This document shows positions 22,858 to 34,031 of a stretch of 44,852 bases of DNA, piece by piece. The DNA is taken from positions 1 through 44,852 of the forward strand of contig NIVC01002148.1 in NCBI GenBank assembly GCA_002269645.1, written 5' to 3'. The stretch is from Macrostomum lignano. Its lineage: Eukaryota. A program made the position numbers and the translations under genes. How positions within the stretch are numbered: the first letter of the stretch is position 1; every line of letters starts with the position of its first letter. The notes under the pieces are model-generated. The model saw only the letters and a program-made list of their open reading frames with translations, was not told the origin of the DNA and did not search any database.

Positions 22858-24344
22858 ATAGTTGTCTATTCTGTATTTATTCTAGCTTTCTAAAAGAATA
22901 TATATTATTGTCTAGAAAGTGGCCCTTATGCTAGAAAATTATATTATATTTTTGCCCTCACTGACAATCTTGACATATACTTGGAATATAGAATTTTTAG
23001 GTTTCAGGTTTAACATTGAATGTGCATAGCTAGGCAGCATCCACCCATTGTTTTAATCATGTACACATTGGCTATCCACCTAATGCTTTATTTTTATACA
23101 TGGTGCCATCTACCTAATGTTTTAATTGCATTTTCTATTTTCTACATCAATAGCCAACTATTGCCATGCCAGACATCTACAGACTATGCCAGACACCTAA
23201 TACACTGGTGCATTTGTGCACAATTGGTATAGCTATTGTGTTACACTAGATATTATATGTTAAGCATATTTTCGGGTCTAATGTATACCAGAATTTTCTG
23301 CCATATATGTAAGATTTGGGAGTGGGGCTATAGTATAAATAAAGAGACTATATCTGTAATAGAAATAAATACAAAATAGCAACAAAAATAAGAATATAAA
23401 AAACATTGGCTTCCTGCTTTTTGTAAGGCTAATTTTTCATATCAATAAGGTCTCAATCTCAATTTAATTTGTGTCCAGCTATATTTATTCTAGCTTTTAA
23501 AAGGCTACACCACTATACATAATATATAATATTTAATATATAATGATATATACTTGATATATTACATGATATATAATTCTTAGAGAATAGACAAATACAA
23601 ATTAGTCAAATTACAAATATACACACTATAGGCAATAGGCAACAAAAAGATTCTTAGTATTTTTATAATAAACAAAATTTAGTGCAATCTTTTGCTGTTG
23701 AACAGATAACCATATTATTTACTGATTGTGTTAAAGCACCATATCCATATGGCCATATACATAGTAAAAAAGTACAAAACAGTAATATTATTGCAAATGA
23801 TACAAAACTTACAATTGGACTTTAGTTGATACAAAACTTCTAACAATAGAAATAAATAAACTAAAAGCAAAAAGCAAAAACCTAAAAGCAAACTACTGAG
23901 GAAAAAACAAAAAGCAAACTACTGCCGAAAAAAAACAAAAAGCAAACTACTAGGGATAGGGAAACTGAAATGGAATTTGAATACTTAAATGAATACTTAA
24001 ATCAATTTTCTAAATTTAAACGTTTGAAGAAGAAAGATTCTTTTTCATTCAGTCGGTTAAGTTAGATTGCGCGGCGCTTAATTTTTGAATTTTTTGGCAG
24101 CCATTGCTTCTATCCCCATTTAAACAAGGTGGACGCAAAAACTTCTTTCTCTCTAAATTTTTTAAAACATTGTAAAAGCAAAAATTTATTCTAAGTTTAT
24201 ATTAACTGCCAAAATATATCTTACTAACCAATATTTGTACATACTAAATACGTTCCGTCAAATTTCCAAATAAATGATACACAATTCCGACTCGCGTCAG
24301 GCTATTCCACCAAGGATCACTATATAATAGTGAGTTATAGTGAC

Positions 24345-24960
24345 GTTAGTTAGTCCAGTGGTATAGTGGGGGGCTGGCCGCCCCCCACGCCCTTGGCATT
24401 AGTTAGTCTAGTGGTAAAGTGGGGGGGGGCTGGCCGCACTCCCACCCCCGCTCCCCCACCCCCGCTCCCCCAACCCCGCTCCCCCACCCCCCGCTCCCCA
24501 CGCCCACCGCTCCCGGCAACCCCTCCACAACTTTTCCCACGTCTCTTTAATATGTTACAACTATTTTCTAGCCTTCAGATGACCAGACACCAAATACTTC
24601 CTTGCCGACATGTATCGTAATCTACTTTTTGCACTAACAATCATACGTGCCGCACTAAGAGATTGACTGTTACTCTTTAAATACGTATAAAAAGGAAAAA
24701 TAAATTCAAATTAAATTAAATTTAATTGTATAAGAAACATACGAGTAAGAGAAATAAAAATACTAAAAATCTGTTTGCTCTAAAAAAACTTTAAACTAAA
24801 ATGTTATCAGACCACTTGGGAATCGAACCCTAGAGCGCTCAATTATAAGGAAACTAACCTTGCCACTGCGCCACCAGTTGCTTACTAGATAGGCCTACAG
24901 TACACGCGTTTTATATGAAATATCGCTAATAGCAGCCATTTCTACCAATTTTGTAACGAT
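24345..24960 (-). mobile_element. Diverged partial copy (C) of the non-autonomous Helitron-like element
   Basis: Two 52-bp-type units, short CCCCGCTCCCCCA repeats, then sequence similar to 4670-5090 including the tRNA-like cassette. Confidence 0.7.
24809..24880 (-). other. tRNA-derived Pol III promoter cassette (A box + B box)
   Basis: Minus strand TGGCGCAGTGG (24863-24873), 32-nt spacer, GGGTTCGATTCCC (24818-24830). Cloverleaf stems do not pair well, so not called a functional tRNA. Confidence 0.6.
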
Positions 24961-25523
24961 GGTTTATTATGTTTGTAACTTTTATGGCCTATTTTAAATT
25001 TAAAAAACTAAGAAGCTTAGTTAATTATAATTTAATTTAAACAAAGTTTAAGCATAACTTTTTAAAATAATTAATAAAAATACTTATGATGGTTTATTAT
25101 GTCCATTATTGTTTATGGCTATGACCTATTTATTTTAACCCAAATTAAGAACTAATTAAAACGCTATATCGTGTTTTTATATTTTACGGCTATGACGTAT
25201 GAAGAACTGAGAAGCTGAATGGGCTACATTTTCAATTTGATTTAAACAAAGTTTATACATAACTGTAGAAATATAATAATAAAAAATATTTTATTAGATT
25301 AAAGAATATCCACTCTGCTGTTGTGTAGAAAGGGTTGTTAAGGCGGTTGTTGTTGTTTGTTGGTTGTAAAAGGGGTTGTTGTTGTTGGGGTTTTTGTTGT
25401 TGTTGGGGTTGTTGTTGTTGTTGTTGGGGGGTGGTTGTTGTTGGGGGGTTTGCGTAATGTGGGAGGCCGCTGCCCCCCACACCCCCGCTCCCCCACCCCT
25501 CCCGCGCGTTGTTGTTGAGGAGG

Positions 25524-27073
25524 TGAAGTGAAACGAAGGCGCCGTTAGCAAGAGGATGGGAGAAATCAGCCGACACGCGCGTGATGCGTGAACAAGCATC
25601 CAGCCTTGGCAGCAACTCCCCAGATGCACAAGATCTGCATGCCTAAAAATAGTCCTGATGATCGGCGAGCAAGAAGCCCAGCCATGCGACCCTCGCGTGA
25701 TGCATGCACAACCTCTGACCGACACTGCCTATTGGGCCTCGAAATCCCACTCTCTCCCTACTGCTCCTATTCCTCATTGCTCGCGTACAGTGTGCTAGCT
25801 TATAAAATATACTGATTGAAGAGGAAAGATCCTCGCCTGAAGTTTGAGAATGTGACTCTAGAGATCACACAGAGAAAGTTACCATCGAGGTCCATTGTTC
25901 GTTGTCTTCCTGAACTGTTGGCAGAAGGAAACGATAATATGGGAAAACCCCATATAATTTTTCGTTTCAATTGGTTCCACTGACCGCGTGAGTCGCCGCT
26001 AGACAGAAGTCTCAGATACCATGCAGTTATCGCTCTGCTGCATGTCTTCAACAGCCATTCGAATGAATCGAGAACTGAGACTTTCCTGCCTTCAGTAAAG
26101 GAAGACTTCGAACTAAACAAGACCAATGGACGAAGATCAAGAAGCGACGCAGTTTACCCTTCCAAGAAGAAACTTTCGTTGAGAGATCTACACAATCAAT
26201 TTGGTCAAGACGGTATTTTTCCGACGTCCTATTTAACTGCAATGTACCTTCAGCCAGCATCCCGATCTGACTGTCTACCAGACGCTGTTTCAATTTGTCG
26301 AGTCTCCGTGTCCCGTCCTATTTGCGTCACTGTTTAGGGCATCGAAAAGCCCATTCAATTTGTCGAGTTTCCGAGTTCACGTGAATCCCCCTCTCAGATC
26401 TGATTAAATAGTCAAGAGGATATGCTGGTACAATTCATCCACTGTTGTCACAAGTTCACTTTGCCCCTTGACCAAGTTTCGTGTTTCAACAACATCAACT
26501 CAACTGCAAGTTACCAAGTGGGACTGCGTATCGCAAGCAAATGCACAACTGTACTCCATGTCATCATTGCTCCAAGCTTATTTTCAACAGAGCTCGGAGG
26601 GCCTCGCTTCCCTGAAAAAAGAGCGACTGAAGTGAAACGAAGGCGCCGTTAGCAAGAGGATGGGAGAAATCAGCCGACACGCGCGTGATGCGTGAACAAG
26701 CATCCAGCCTTGGCAGCAACTCCCCAGATGCACAAGATCTGCATGCCTAAAAATAGTCCTGATGATCGGCGAGCAAGAAGCCCAGCCATGCGACCCTCGC
26801 GTGATGCATGCACAACCTCTGACCGACACTGCCTATTGGGCCTCGAAATCCCACTCTCTCCCTACTGCTCCTATTCCTCATTGCTCGCGTACAGTGTGCT
26901 AGCTTATAAAATATACTGATTGAAGAGGAAAGATCCTCGCCTGAAGTTTGAGAATGTGACTCTAGAGATCACACAGAGAAAGTTACCATCGAGGTCCATT
27001 GTTCGTTGTCTTCCTGAACTGTTGGCAGAAGGAAACGATAATATGGGAAAACCCCATATAATTTTTCGTTTCA
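25524..27073 (+). mobile_element. Complete TRIM (non-autonomous LTR retrotransposon), 1550 bp
   Basis: Two 446-bp LTRs (25524-25969, 26628-27073), TG...CA, identical by eye; PBS TGGTTCCACTGACCG at 25972; purine tract GAAAAAAGAGCGAC before LTR2; 4-bp TSD GAGG (25520-25523, 27074-27077); 658-bp interior with no recognisable gag/pol. Confidence 0.9.
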
Positions 27074-27500
27074 GAGGGTGGTTGTTGTTGTGGGGTTTGC
27101 GTAACGTGGGGGCTGCCGCCCCCACACCCCCGCTCCCCCACCCCTCCCGCGCATTGTTGTTGGGGAGGGTGGTTGTTGTTGTGGGGTTTGCGCAACGTGG
27201 GGGCTGCCGCCCCCACACCCCGCTCCCCCACCCCTCCGCGCGTTGTTGTTGGGGAGGGTGATTGTTGTTGTGGGGTTTGCGTAACGTGGGGGCTGCCGCC
27301 CCCACACCCCCGCTCCCCCACCCCTCCCGCGCCTTGTTGTTGGGGAGGGTGGTTGTTGTTGTGGGGTTTGCGTAACGTGGGGGCTGCCGCCCCCACACCC
27401 CGCTCCCCCACCCCTCCCGCGCCTTGTTGTTGGGGAGGGTGGTTGTTGTTGGGGGTTTGCGTAACGTGGGGGCTGCCGCCCCCACACCCCCGCTCCCCCA
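27074..27500. repeat. Tandem array of an approximately 90-bp unit, 4-5 copies, in element D
   Basis: GTTTGCG recurs at about 27097, 27187, 27277, 27366 and 27455; shares the GTGGGGGCTGCCGCCCCCAC core with the 52-bp unit. Confidence 0.9.
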
Positions 27501-29953
27501 CCTAACCCCTCCGCAACTTTTCCCACCTCTAACACATCTTTTTAGCACGCTAAAACTGCTTGTAAGCCTTCTGGCGACCAACATCAACACATACTTGCCG
27601 ATATGTATCGTAATCTTCTTTCTGCACTAACAAATCATCTGTGCCGCACTTTCAGCTTCACTCTTACTCTTTAATAAGGTATAGAAGGAAAGGAAAATTA
27701 AACAATTAATATTAAATTATATTCAAGTGAAAGAGAATTGAAAATACTAAAAAAATCCGTTCCTGCTAAAAAAATTAAATATAGAAAAAAATCTGGTCCA
27801 CTTAGGATTCGAACCCGGGTACATGTATTTTACAATGCAACTGCCTTCGCCCCCGATCCATCTCTCGCTTAAGCGAAGCTCTACAGTGCACGCCCTTTAT
27901 ATCGAATATTCCCTATGGTAGCCACTTTTACGATTTTTGCTGCTTTTTCATACATTTCTGCTCGCTGCATCGCAACGCCTTAACCTAAAAATACGAGTCG
28001 CATGTCGTTACAGAGCTAACATCAAGGCGCATTCATCCAATGCATTTTCAAATTATGTCAACAAATTTTACGGCTCCTAGGCGCCAAATAATGCATTTTC
28101 ACCTGTTCTGACAGGTAATCAAACAGGTATTAAGACCTATTAACCTAAGAATCAATTTTTAAAACTAATTTAGTTGCATAGTACATCAGTAGTGCTGTTT
28201 TTAGACACCAAACTGGAGTCTCTAGGCCTTGCCAATGCAGAGTTATTAGCAAAAGTATGCTCAAAATTTGCCCAAAAATGGCCTTCTCAAAATTCGGAGG
28301 CAATTTTCTCAAAAATACGAATTTTCCAGCCATATTGGCGTATGACCGGTGAAACTTTAGCTATTCGACTAAACAATATTGAAAATGCAGAAAAATCGGT
28401 GCGCAAAATTTCTTATTTTTCCACTCCAAAGTTTGTACCCCCAAATGGGCCGTTTTTCACTTAACAGGTAAAAAGTACCTGTTAACAGGGGTTTTTTCAG
28501 GAGTGTCTTATGTCATTCAAAAGGGCATCCGATAGGCTACAATTTGACACTACACTCAAAAAAATTCGCCCCATTTTAAAAAAATTTCCTTAACAACGTC
28601 TGATTTTCTGCAGAGCCCCCGGCCTCTCTTTTCCCTGGTTTCCGGGTCACTGCTCAGCACAGGTAGGTCCAAATGCTTAGAAAATTCAGGAAAACAAATT
28701 TCCAAATGTTTGACACGTTGTGTTAAAGTCTCAACACCGTAGCATAAAACGCTTCCTTATTTTCGGGGACTACTTTTTTAAAACGTGACCCAATTTTTTG
28801 AAAACGACGTTTTTAGGCACTTTTTGGCACCTGGGCAAGTTATTAATGGCCCAATCGGCGCGATCTCGATATTTCCAAATAGAGGACATCCTGTTGAGTG
28901 ATTTGGTATAGAAAAAAGAAAAACAAACTTTTCCATCTCGACGACATAGGCCTTTCAAAGGTGTACTAAAAATTTGTACTTTTAAAGTGCAGATAGGCAG
29001 CCATGTGAAAAGTACATTTTAGCCCGAAAAAATATAGCGCATCAAACAGCCTTAAGTGTTTTTAAGGCTAGGAGGCAGCTAAAAGGCCGCGCTATCGCGC
29101 GTCCTTTTCGCTGCGGTGAGGCAAAGTCGAAAAAATGCCAAATTTTCGACCTCAAAAAACACGTTTTTTGTACTTTTAGCCTAGACGTTAAAGTACAATC
29201 AAAAAATCCATTTCTGATCATTGTAGCGTTTGAATGCCCGCGTCTTTTGAGCACACTCACTAAGCGCTGCCATAATTTCCTGCCGCTGTAATTGAGATCA
29301 AATTTTTTGACAATGTCGAAAAAACGCAGTTTTTGGTTGCCATGGCAACCAAAACGCATTGCCATGGCAACCAACTATTGTGCATCCGATAGCGCTAGGT
29401 CTTTGACACATTTTGGCAAAAACCGTTTGTAAATCGGTCGTACCGTTTTTTATGCGCAGCGTTTAAAAGTTGAAAAACGTCATTTTCCTATGTGACACCG
29501 TTGCTACATCTTATCAGGGACGATTTCGCAAAAGTAAGCACCATAGAAAAAAATTCTCGCTTCGCTCGCCTTTTTTTCTATACTACTTACTGGCTCATCG
29601 TCCCACAACTAGCCAACAAGCGAGTCAAAATAATGGAGATTTTACCATAGACAATTGACAATCAGGGTGCAATAATGCGCCAAAAATGCACGCTGGCGGC
29701 TTTCAGCGTGCAATAATGCAACAACACAAACTTTATATTTTACGAAAAGCAAACGTAGCTAATAGTTGAACATTTTTAACGAGCTCTTTGTCTAGTAGTC
29801 AGTGCTCTAGTAGTAACTCGAAAACTCAGTAACTCACTCACTACTCATCAGTACTCACTGATCACCGAATTTGAAGTTGCAATTGCTGAAACTACCACTC
29901 AGATAAATATATGTAGCTCCGGTCGAACAGTATCGGCCGAAGATGCTTGAACG

Positions 29954-31598
29954 TCAACCTTGACATTTTGGACTGACGTCGTCATTCCAACACCTTGCCA
30001 CCCGCTTTGGGACCTCGGAGATAGACGTAGCATCCCCCGCCGAATCCATATCGCCAGATGGTCCGACGATAGCCACAGACTTATCGTTGGTCGCAGAAGA
30101 CGAAGTGGCTCCATACAGCGATGCTGACAACACGTCGGACATCCTGCCCAGTTCACTCGCCTTGCGCTTGCCATTTGTTAAGTAGCTAACGAAAGTGCGT
30201 ACAAAAAATGTTTTTTTACTTTTAAGTACACAATGTACTACAAACAGGAGAATTTTATTGGCAGCCCGATGCTGACACTTACCGCTGAACAGTCTTCACG
30301 TCTTTATGGCCAGTTGTTTTGCAGATCTGCTCCAAACGAAACCCGGCTTCGTGCAACTCAGAAATGACGGTTGGACGAACGTTGTGCCCAGTGTAGACTT
30401 TGGACAACTGTGCAGTCGCTGAATTCCGGGCCATCAGATTCTGAAGCGCATTCACGCCCATTGGCTTTGTTGTGTACCAGTGAACAGCCTTTTTGCCGAT
30501 GCTAGGCATAAGAAACAGAGGCATGTTACTCTCCGCAGTCCCAGCCGAAAGGCTAGCCTCCCGCTTTTCCAAGTACAACTTGATCGCAGCCACAGGGCAG
30601 TGCTCTCCGCCGGTCAACTTCACCATGGCTTCTCGATTGTCTTCCATTGCGCCTGGCGATAGTCTTGTGCCGACGGTTTTCTCGAGTCCTCCATTAAGTC
30701 GCACAGTCTCCACCCCACTCCGCAACTCAAACACCAGACTGTTTACATTGAGCGATCGGAGCCATTCACGACCTCGCTGACCGAAGTAATAGAGCAGAAT
30801 GAAGTACACCTCGTGTAGAAGCTTCGTCCCATTTGAGCGGTCGAAGTACGTCCACAGTTTGTTCAGATCGTCCTTCTCCATCGCCTCGTAATGCCGAATG
30901 CGACCGCCATTTTTTAGGAACATTTGACAAACGGCCTTCAAGGCTAAATTCGCAATATCAAACTTTTCACCTTCAATGATGTTAATGGCCCTGGTACGCC
31001 TGAAATACCGAAACAAGCCGGCTCGAAAGCAGATTAGACTAGACGGTGCGTAGAAGCTCCCATCCTGCTTTCTAAGAGTGGCATAGAAGAACTTCAGCTT
31101 TTCCGCAAGCTCGTCCTCAGTGCGGGATCCAGCTTCAAAGCTTTCGAATTTGTACTCTCGAAGAAATACTTGGAAGCGGGCAATAGCTGATTCTTCTTGC
31201 TTTTCGGTAGAGATGACCTTGGTCTCCTCGTCCTGTCTGTCGACAATCGCTTGCAGTTCAGTTGTGGAACCTCCAACATCCGGAATTGATTCCGAGTCTT
31301 CACCCTCCACCAAGGGAATCAGATTGAACAGTTCTTCCAGAGTAGGTAGGAGCGGCTCATCATCGAACATCGTCCGCTCGATCAACGAATTTCTGTCCAT
31401 GAGCTCTACATGCTTCTCGATTTCCGCCGTAGTCAAGCCGGTTATGCAATTGTCCGGGAATTGAGACATTTGAATCATGTTTTCAAATGAACGCACATTG
31501 AGACGAACAAATATCGCGCTGAAGTGGAGAGAAAGATATTCCTTGCCTCCCTCAACCCTGTTCTTTGCAAATTGCCATCGACAAAAATGAATAGCCAC
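29954..31598 (-). CDS. Crypton-type (DUF3504-like) tyrosine recombinase, two exons
   Basis: LKFFYATLRKQDGSFYAPSSL...RAGL.RY; catalytic set FGQRGRE (R), TGHNVR (HxxR), TGHKDV (H). Donor GTAAGT at 30282, 97-nt intron, acceptor TTCGTTAG at 30186; splicing gives VQR-Y and restores the catalytic Tyr (30184-30182). True start may be Met at 31478 or 31469. Confidence 0.85.
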
Positions 31599-31624
31599 TG
31601 TTGGCTAGTCTATATGATAATGTG

Positions 31625-31723
31625 ATAGAAGCACGGCTTGTGCGTGCAACAACGCCATAGACACTCGTGCGCTACGCGCACTCGTGGTTCTAGGCGTTGT
31701 TGCACTTGCAAGCCGTGCACTAT
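31625..31723. repeat. Long imperfect inverted repeat around core CACTCGTG-N9-CACTCGTG
   Basis: Arms GCACGGCTTG..GTGCAACAACGCC / GGCGTTGTTGCAC..CAAGCCGTGC; core 31662-31686. Confidence 0.85.
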
Positions 31724-31829
31724 CTTTCCATTGTATCACGCTGGCGCGCGTTAGATGCACGATTTACTGTGCGTCTAATGTAGGTGTCTATGGCAATTTT
31801 CTATCTGAGTAAAAGCAACAAGCGTGCGT

Positions 31830-32294
31830 CTAACGCGTGCGTGTAATGCACGGAAAGTGAGTATATTTTAATAAGTATACTTCTGCTACAAGTACAACGT
31901 ACAAGCGAAGTGAGCCATAGAAGTATCGCAATAGACTGTCGATCTCGCGCGGTGTAGAAGTCGCCAAATCACGCTGAACTGACGGATGGTTCTCCATGAA
32001 GCTCTGCAACTTACCGACATAATATTCGGTAGCCTTTGTCACACTTTTACTAGCAGCGGTGTCCTCGATTTCGGAAACGAGCTGTTCCAATTCAAGTAGT
32101 TCAGCTTCTTCGTCAGGTATCTTCTTGAAAAGTGCCTCCAGAAGATCCTCCTCTTCTCGATCAATTGCCGACTCCGGTAGATTATCAGGCTCGTTCAGAA
32201 TGTCGTCAATCTCATTGGTGGACAAGCCGGAAATCATTTCGTTCGGAAATTTGCTCAGATTCAGAAGTCTGACTTTAGTTGGTGGCTCAGCCAT
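31830..32294 (-). pseudogene. 3'-truncated paralog of the Crypton recombinase (N-terminal part only)
   Basis: SKFPNEMISGLSTNEI matches SQFPDNCITGLTTAEI; LEALFKKIP matches LEELFNLIP; LLRYFYGSLR matches KLKFFYATLR. Similarity stops there; no catalytic domain. Confidence 0.75.
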
Positions 32295-32460
32295 ATTCTC
32301 TCACAAGTGATTTTAATTTAACAGCTTCTTATTCCCTTCTTCGCAACACTCAATCAACTTGCGTGCCTTTCACGCATTTTTGTCTATGGTTAAGACAAAT
32401 TAACTGAGCGTGCATCTAACGCGCCATCTAAAGTATTAAGCCAACGTAATACAATGCAAC

Positions 32461-32556
32461 TCATACATCGATTTTTTGTGCTTAAATGGTCTATGGCACT
32501 CGTGCGCTGCGCGCACTCGTGCATAGACCATTTAAGCACGCAAAATCGATGTATGA
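32461..32556. repeat. 35-bp inverted repeat around the same CACTCGTG-N9-CACTCGTG core
   Basis: TCATACATCGATTTTTTGTGCTTAAATGGTCTATG / CATAGACCATTTAAGCACGCAAAATCGATGTATGA (2 mismatches); core 32497-32521. Confidence 0.88.
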
Positions 32557-33189
32557 ATCCTACATTGTAAGGGGAAAGATGTTGGGTGTGGCCATAGACG
32601 ACTCAGTCGCACACACACCCAGCCATGAGCTAAAGAAGCAATACTTCAAGCTTGGAAATAAAAAAAGAAAAGTTACGATAACATGAAATAAGACGCTCTG
32701 CTAAGAGTGCAACTTTTAAGTTGACCTTGTTGATCTTGACTCACTGTCTTCCGCTAGAGAAGAAGTCATAACAGTGACAACTTCAATAGATACTGTACTA
32801 TAAGTTTTGCTTTCTTAAATTTACTTGTGCCCGACTTCGAAGTACAGTCCGTGTGCCGCAAATTATAAATTTCGCTGCCGTTTCTTCCGCGGTGTGCATG
32901 TATGCATGTGTATACTTTTCTAATCACGTAAACTACGTCAACAATAAACTACGTTGATTGCCTTTGACACGGTTGTCCCTACGCCGTCCGGACTTAAAAA
33001 TGCACTCACTCCGAATCCGAGACTCCAAGCTAGGGGGCGTACACGCACCTATTTGAAAACGTGTTATACATGTAATTTGGCATGATTACAACAAATTACC
33101 TTTTACTTGAATGGCAAGGACTAATGGCAATATGTTAAATTTCAACGAGTTTCGTAGCTTTCTTTAACCTTTAGCATTCGCCGAATTGG

Positions 33190-33312
33190 CTGTCGCCGAA
33201 CTGACTTGTCGTCGAATCGGTTGTCGTCGAATCGGTTGTCGTCGAATCGGTTGTCGTCGAATCGGTTGTCGTCGAATCGGTTGTCGCCGAATTACTTGTC
33301 ACCGAATTAACT
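33190..33312. repeat. 15-bp minisatellite (GAATCGGTTGTCGTC), about 5 perfect plus flanking degenerate units
   Basis: Direct reading. Confidence 0.88.
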
Positions 33313-33945
33313 GGGAAGTGCACTCAAACACTACTATCATCAAATGCCAGTCGCATCAATGACCCAGTACGTACGTGCTCACATGTGATGTTGTGGTAGG
33401 CGAGGCCTCCCACTATTCCCACCGAATGTAATTTTATTTTCCTCTGCGTGGATTGCTCACCGAGTAAAATTGCGTTACGTATATTGATGGCGATGCGTCA
33501 TTTCCCTGCGTGGAAATCCCCAATTTTTTCTTTTAGTGTAATTCGGGTTCCCACTCCCCGTAACTTTCGTTTTACTGCATGTTACATGTAACTTGACTCA
33601 TCTAGTGTTACCCATCTTTCCATTGCGTGTAACCCCTCTCTCCCACCCGGGGTGATTCCCCTTTCCTCCCGGTGGCTCCTGAGAGCGAGAGTCTGTGCCC
33701 CTTCTTTCCCACCAGACTCTCGCTTTGGACCCCTTACCAGACTCTAGTTTGAAGCCCATGTCCCAGACTCCAAGATACGAGGGGACCCTTAAGTGTAAGC
33801 CCAGTTTTCCCAACCCGACCAGCTCTTCTCTTGCTCCACTAAGTAGTATTTATTTTACTTAACGCTGTATTACTGCGTTATTAATTAACTGTATTACTTA
33901 ACTGTACTTAAGCTGTATTACTTAACGCCTTTTCTTAAACCGCGT

Positions 33946-33983
33946 TAATAATAATAATAATGATAATAATATCAATGATGATG

Positions 33984-34031
<48 letters not shown>
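33946..34031. repeat. (AAT)n microsatellite
   Basis: Direct reading. Confidence 0.95.

Larger units (their letters stand above)
25085..29612 (-). mobile_element. Non-autonomous Helitron-like element, copy D (left hairpin end missing), interrupted by a TRIM
   Basis: Collinear with copy A over about 27400-29612; same right end CATCGTCCCAC-AACTAG (29596-29612); X-boxes at 29336-29371; B box at 27804-27816. Confidence 0.75.

Noticed and set aside
24809-24880. Functional tRNA gene (also 4937-5010, 27790-27870, 44790-44852)
   Set aside because: A/B boxes are present, but acceptor and anticodon stems do not pair; treated as tRNA-derived.
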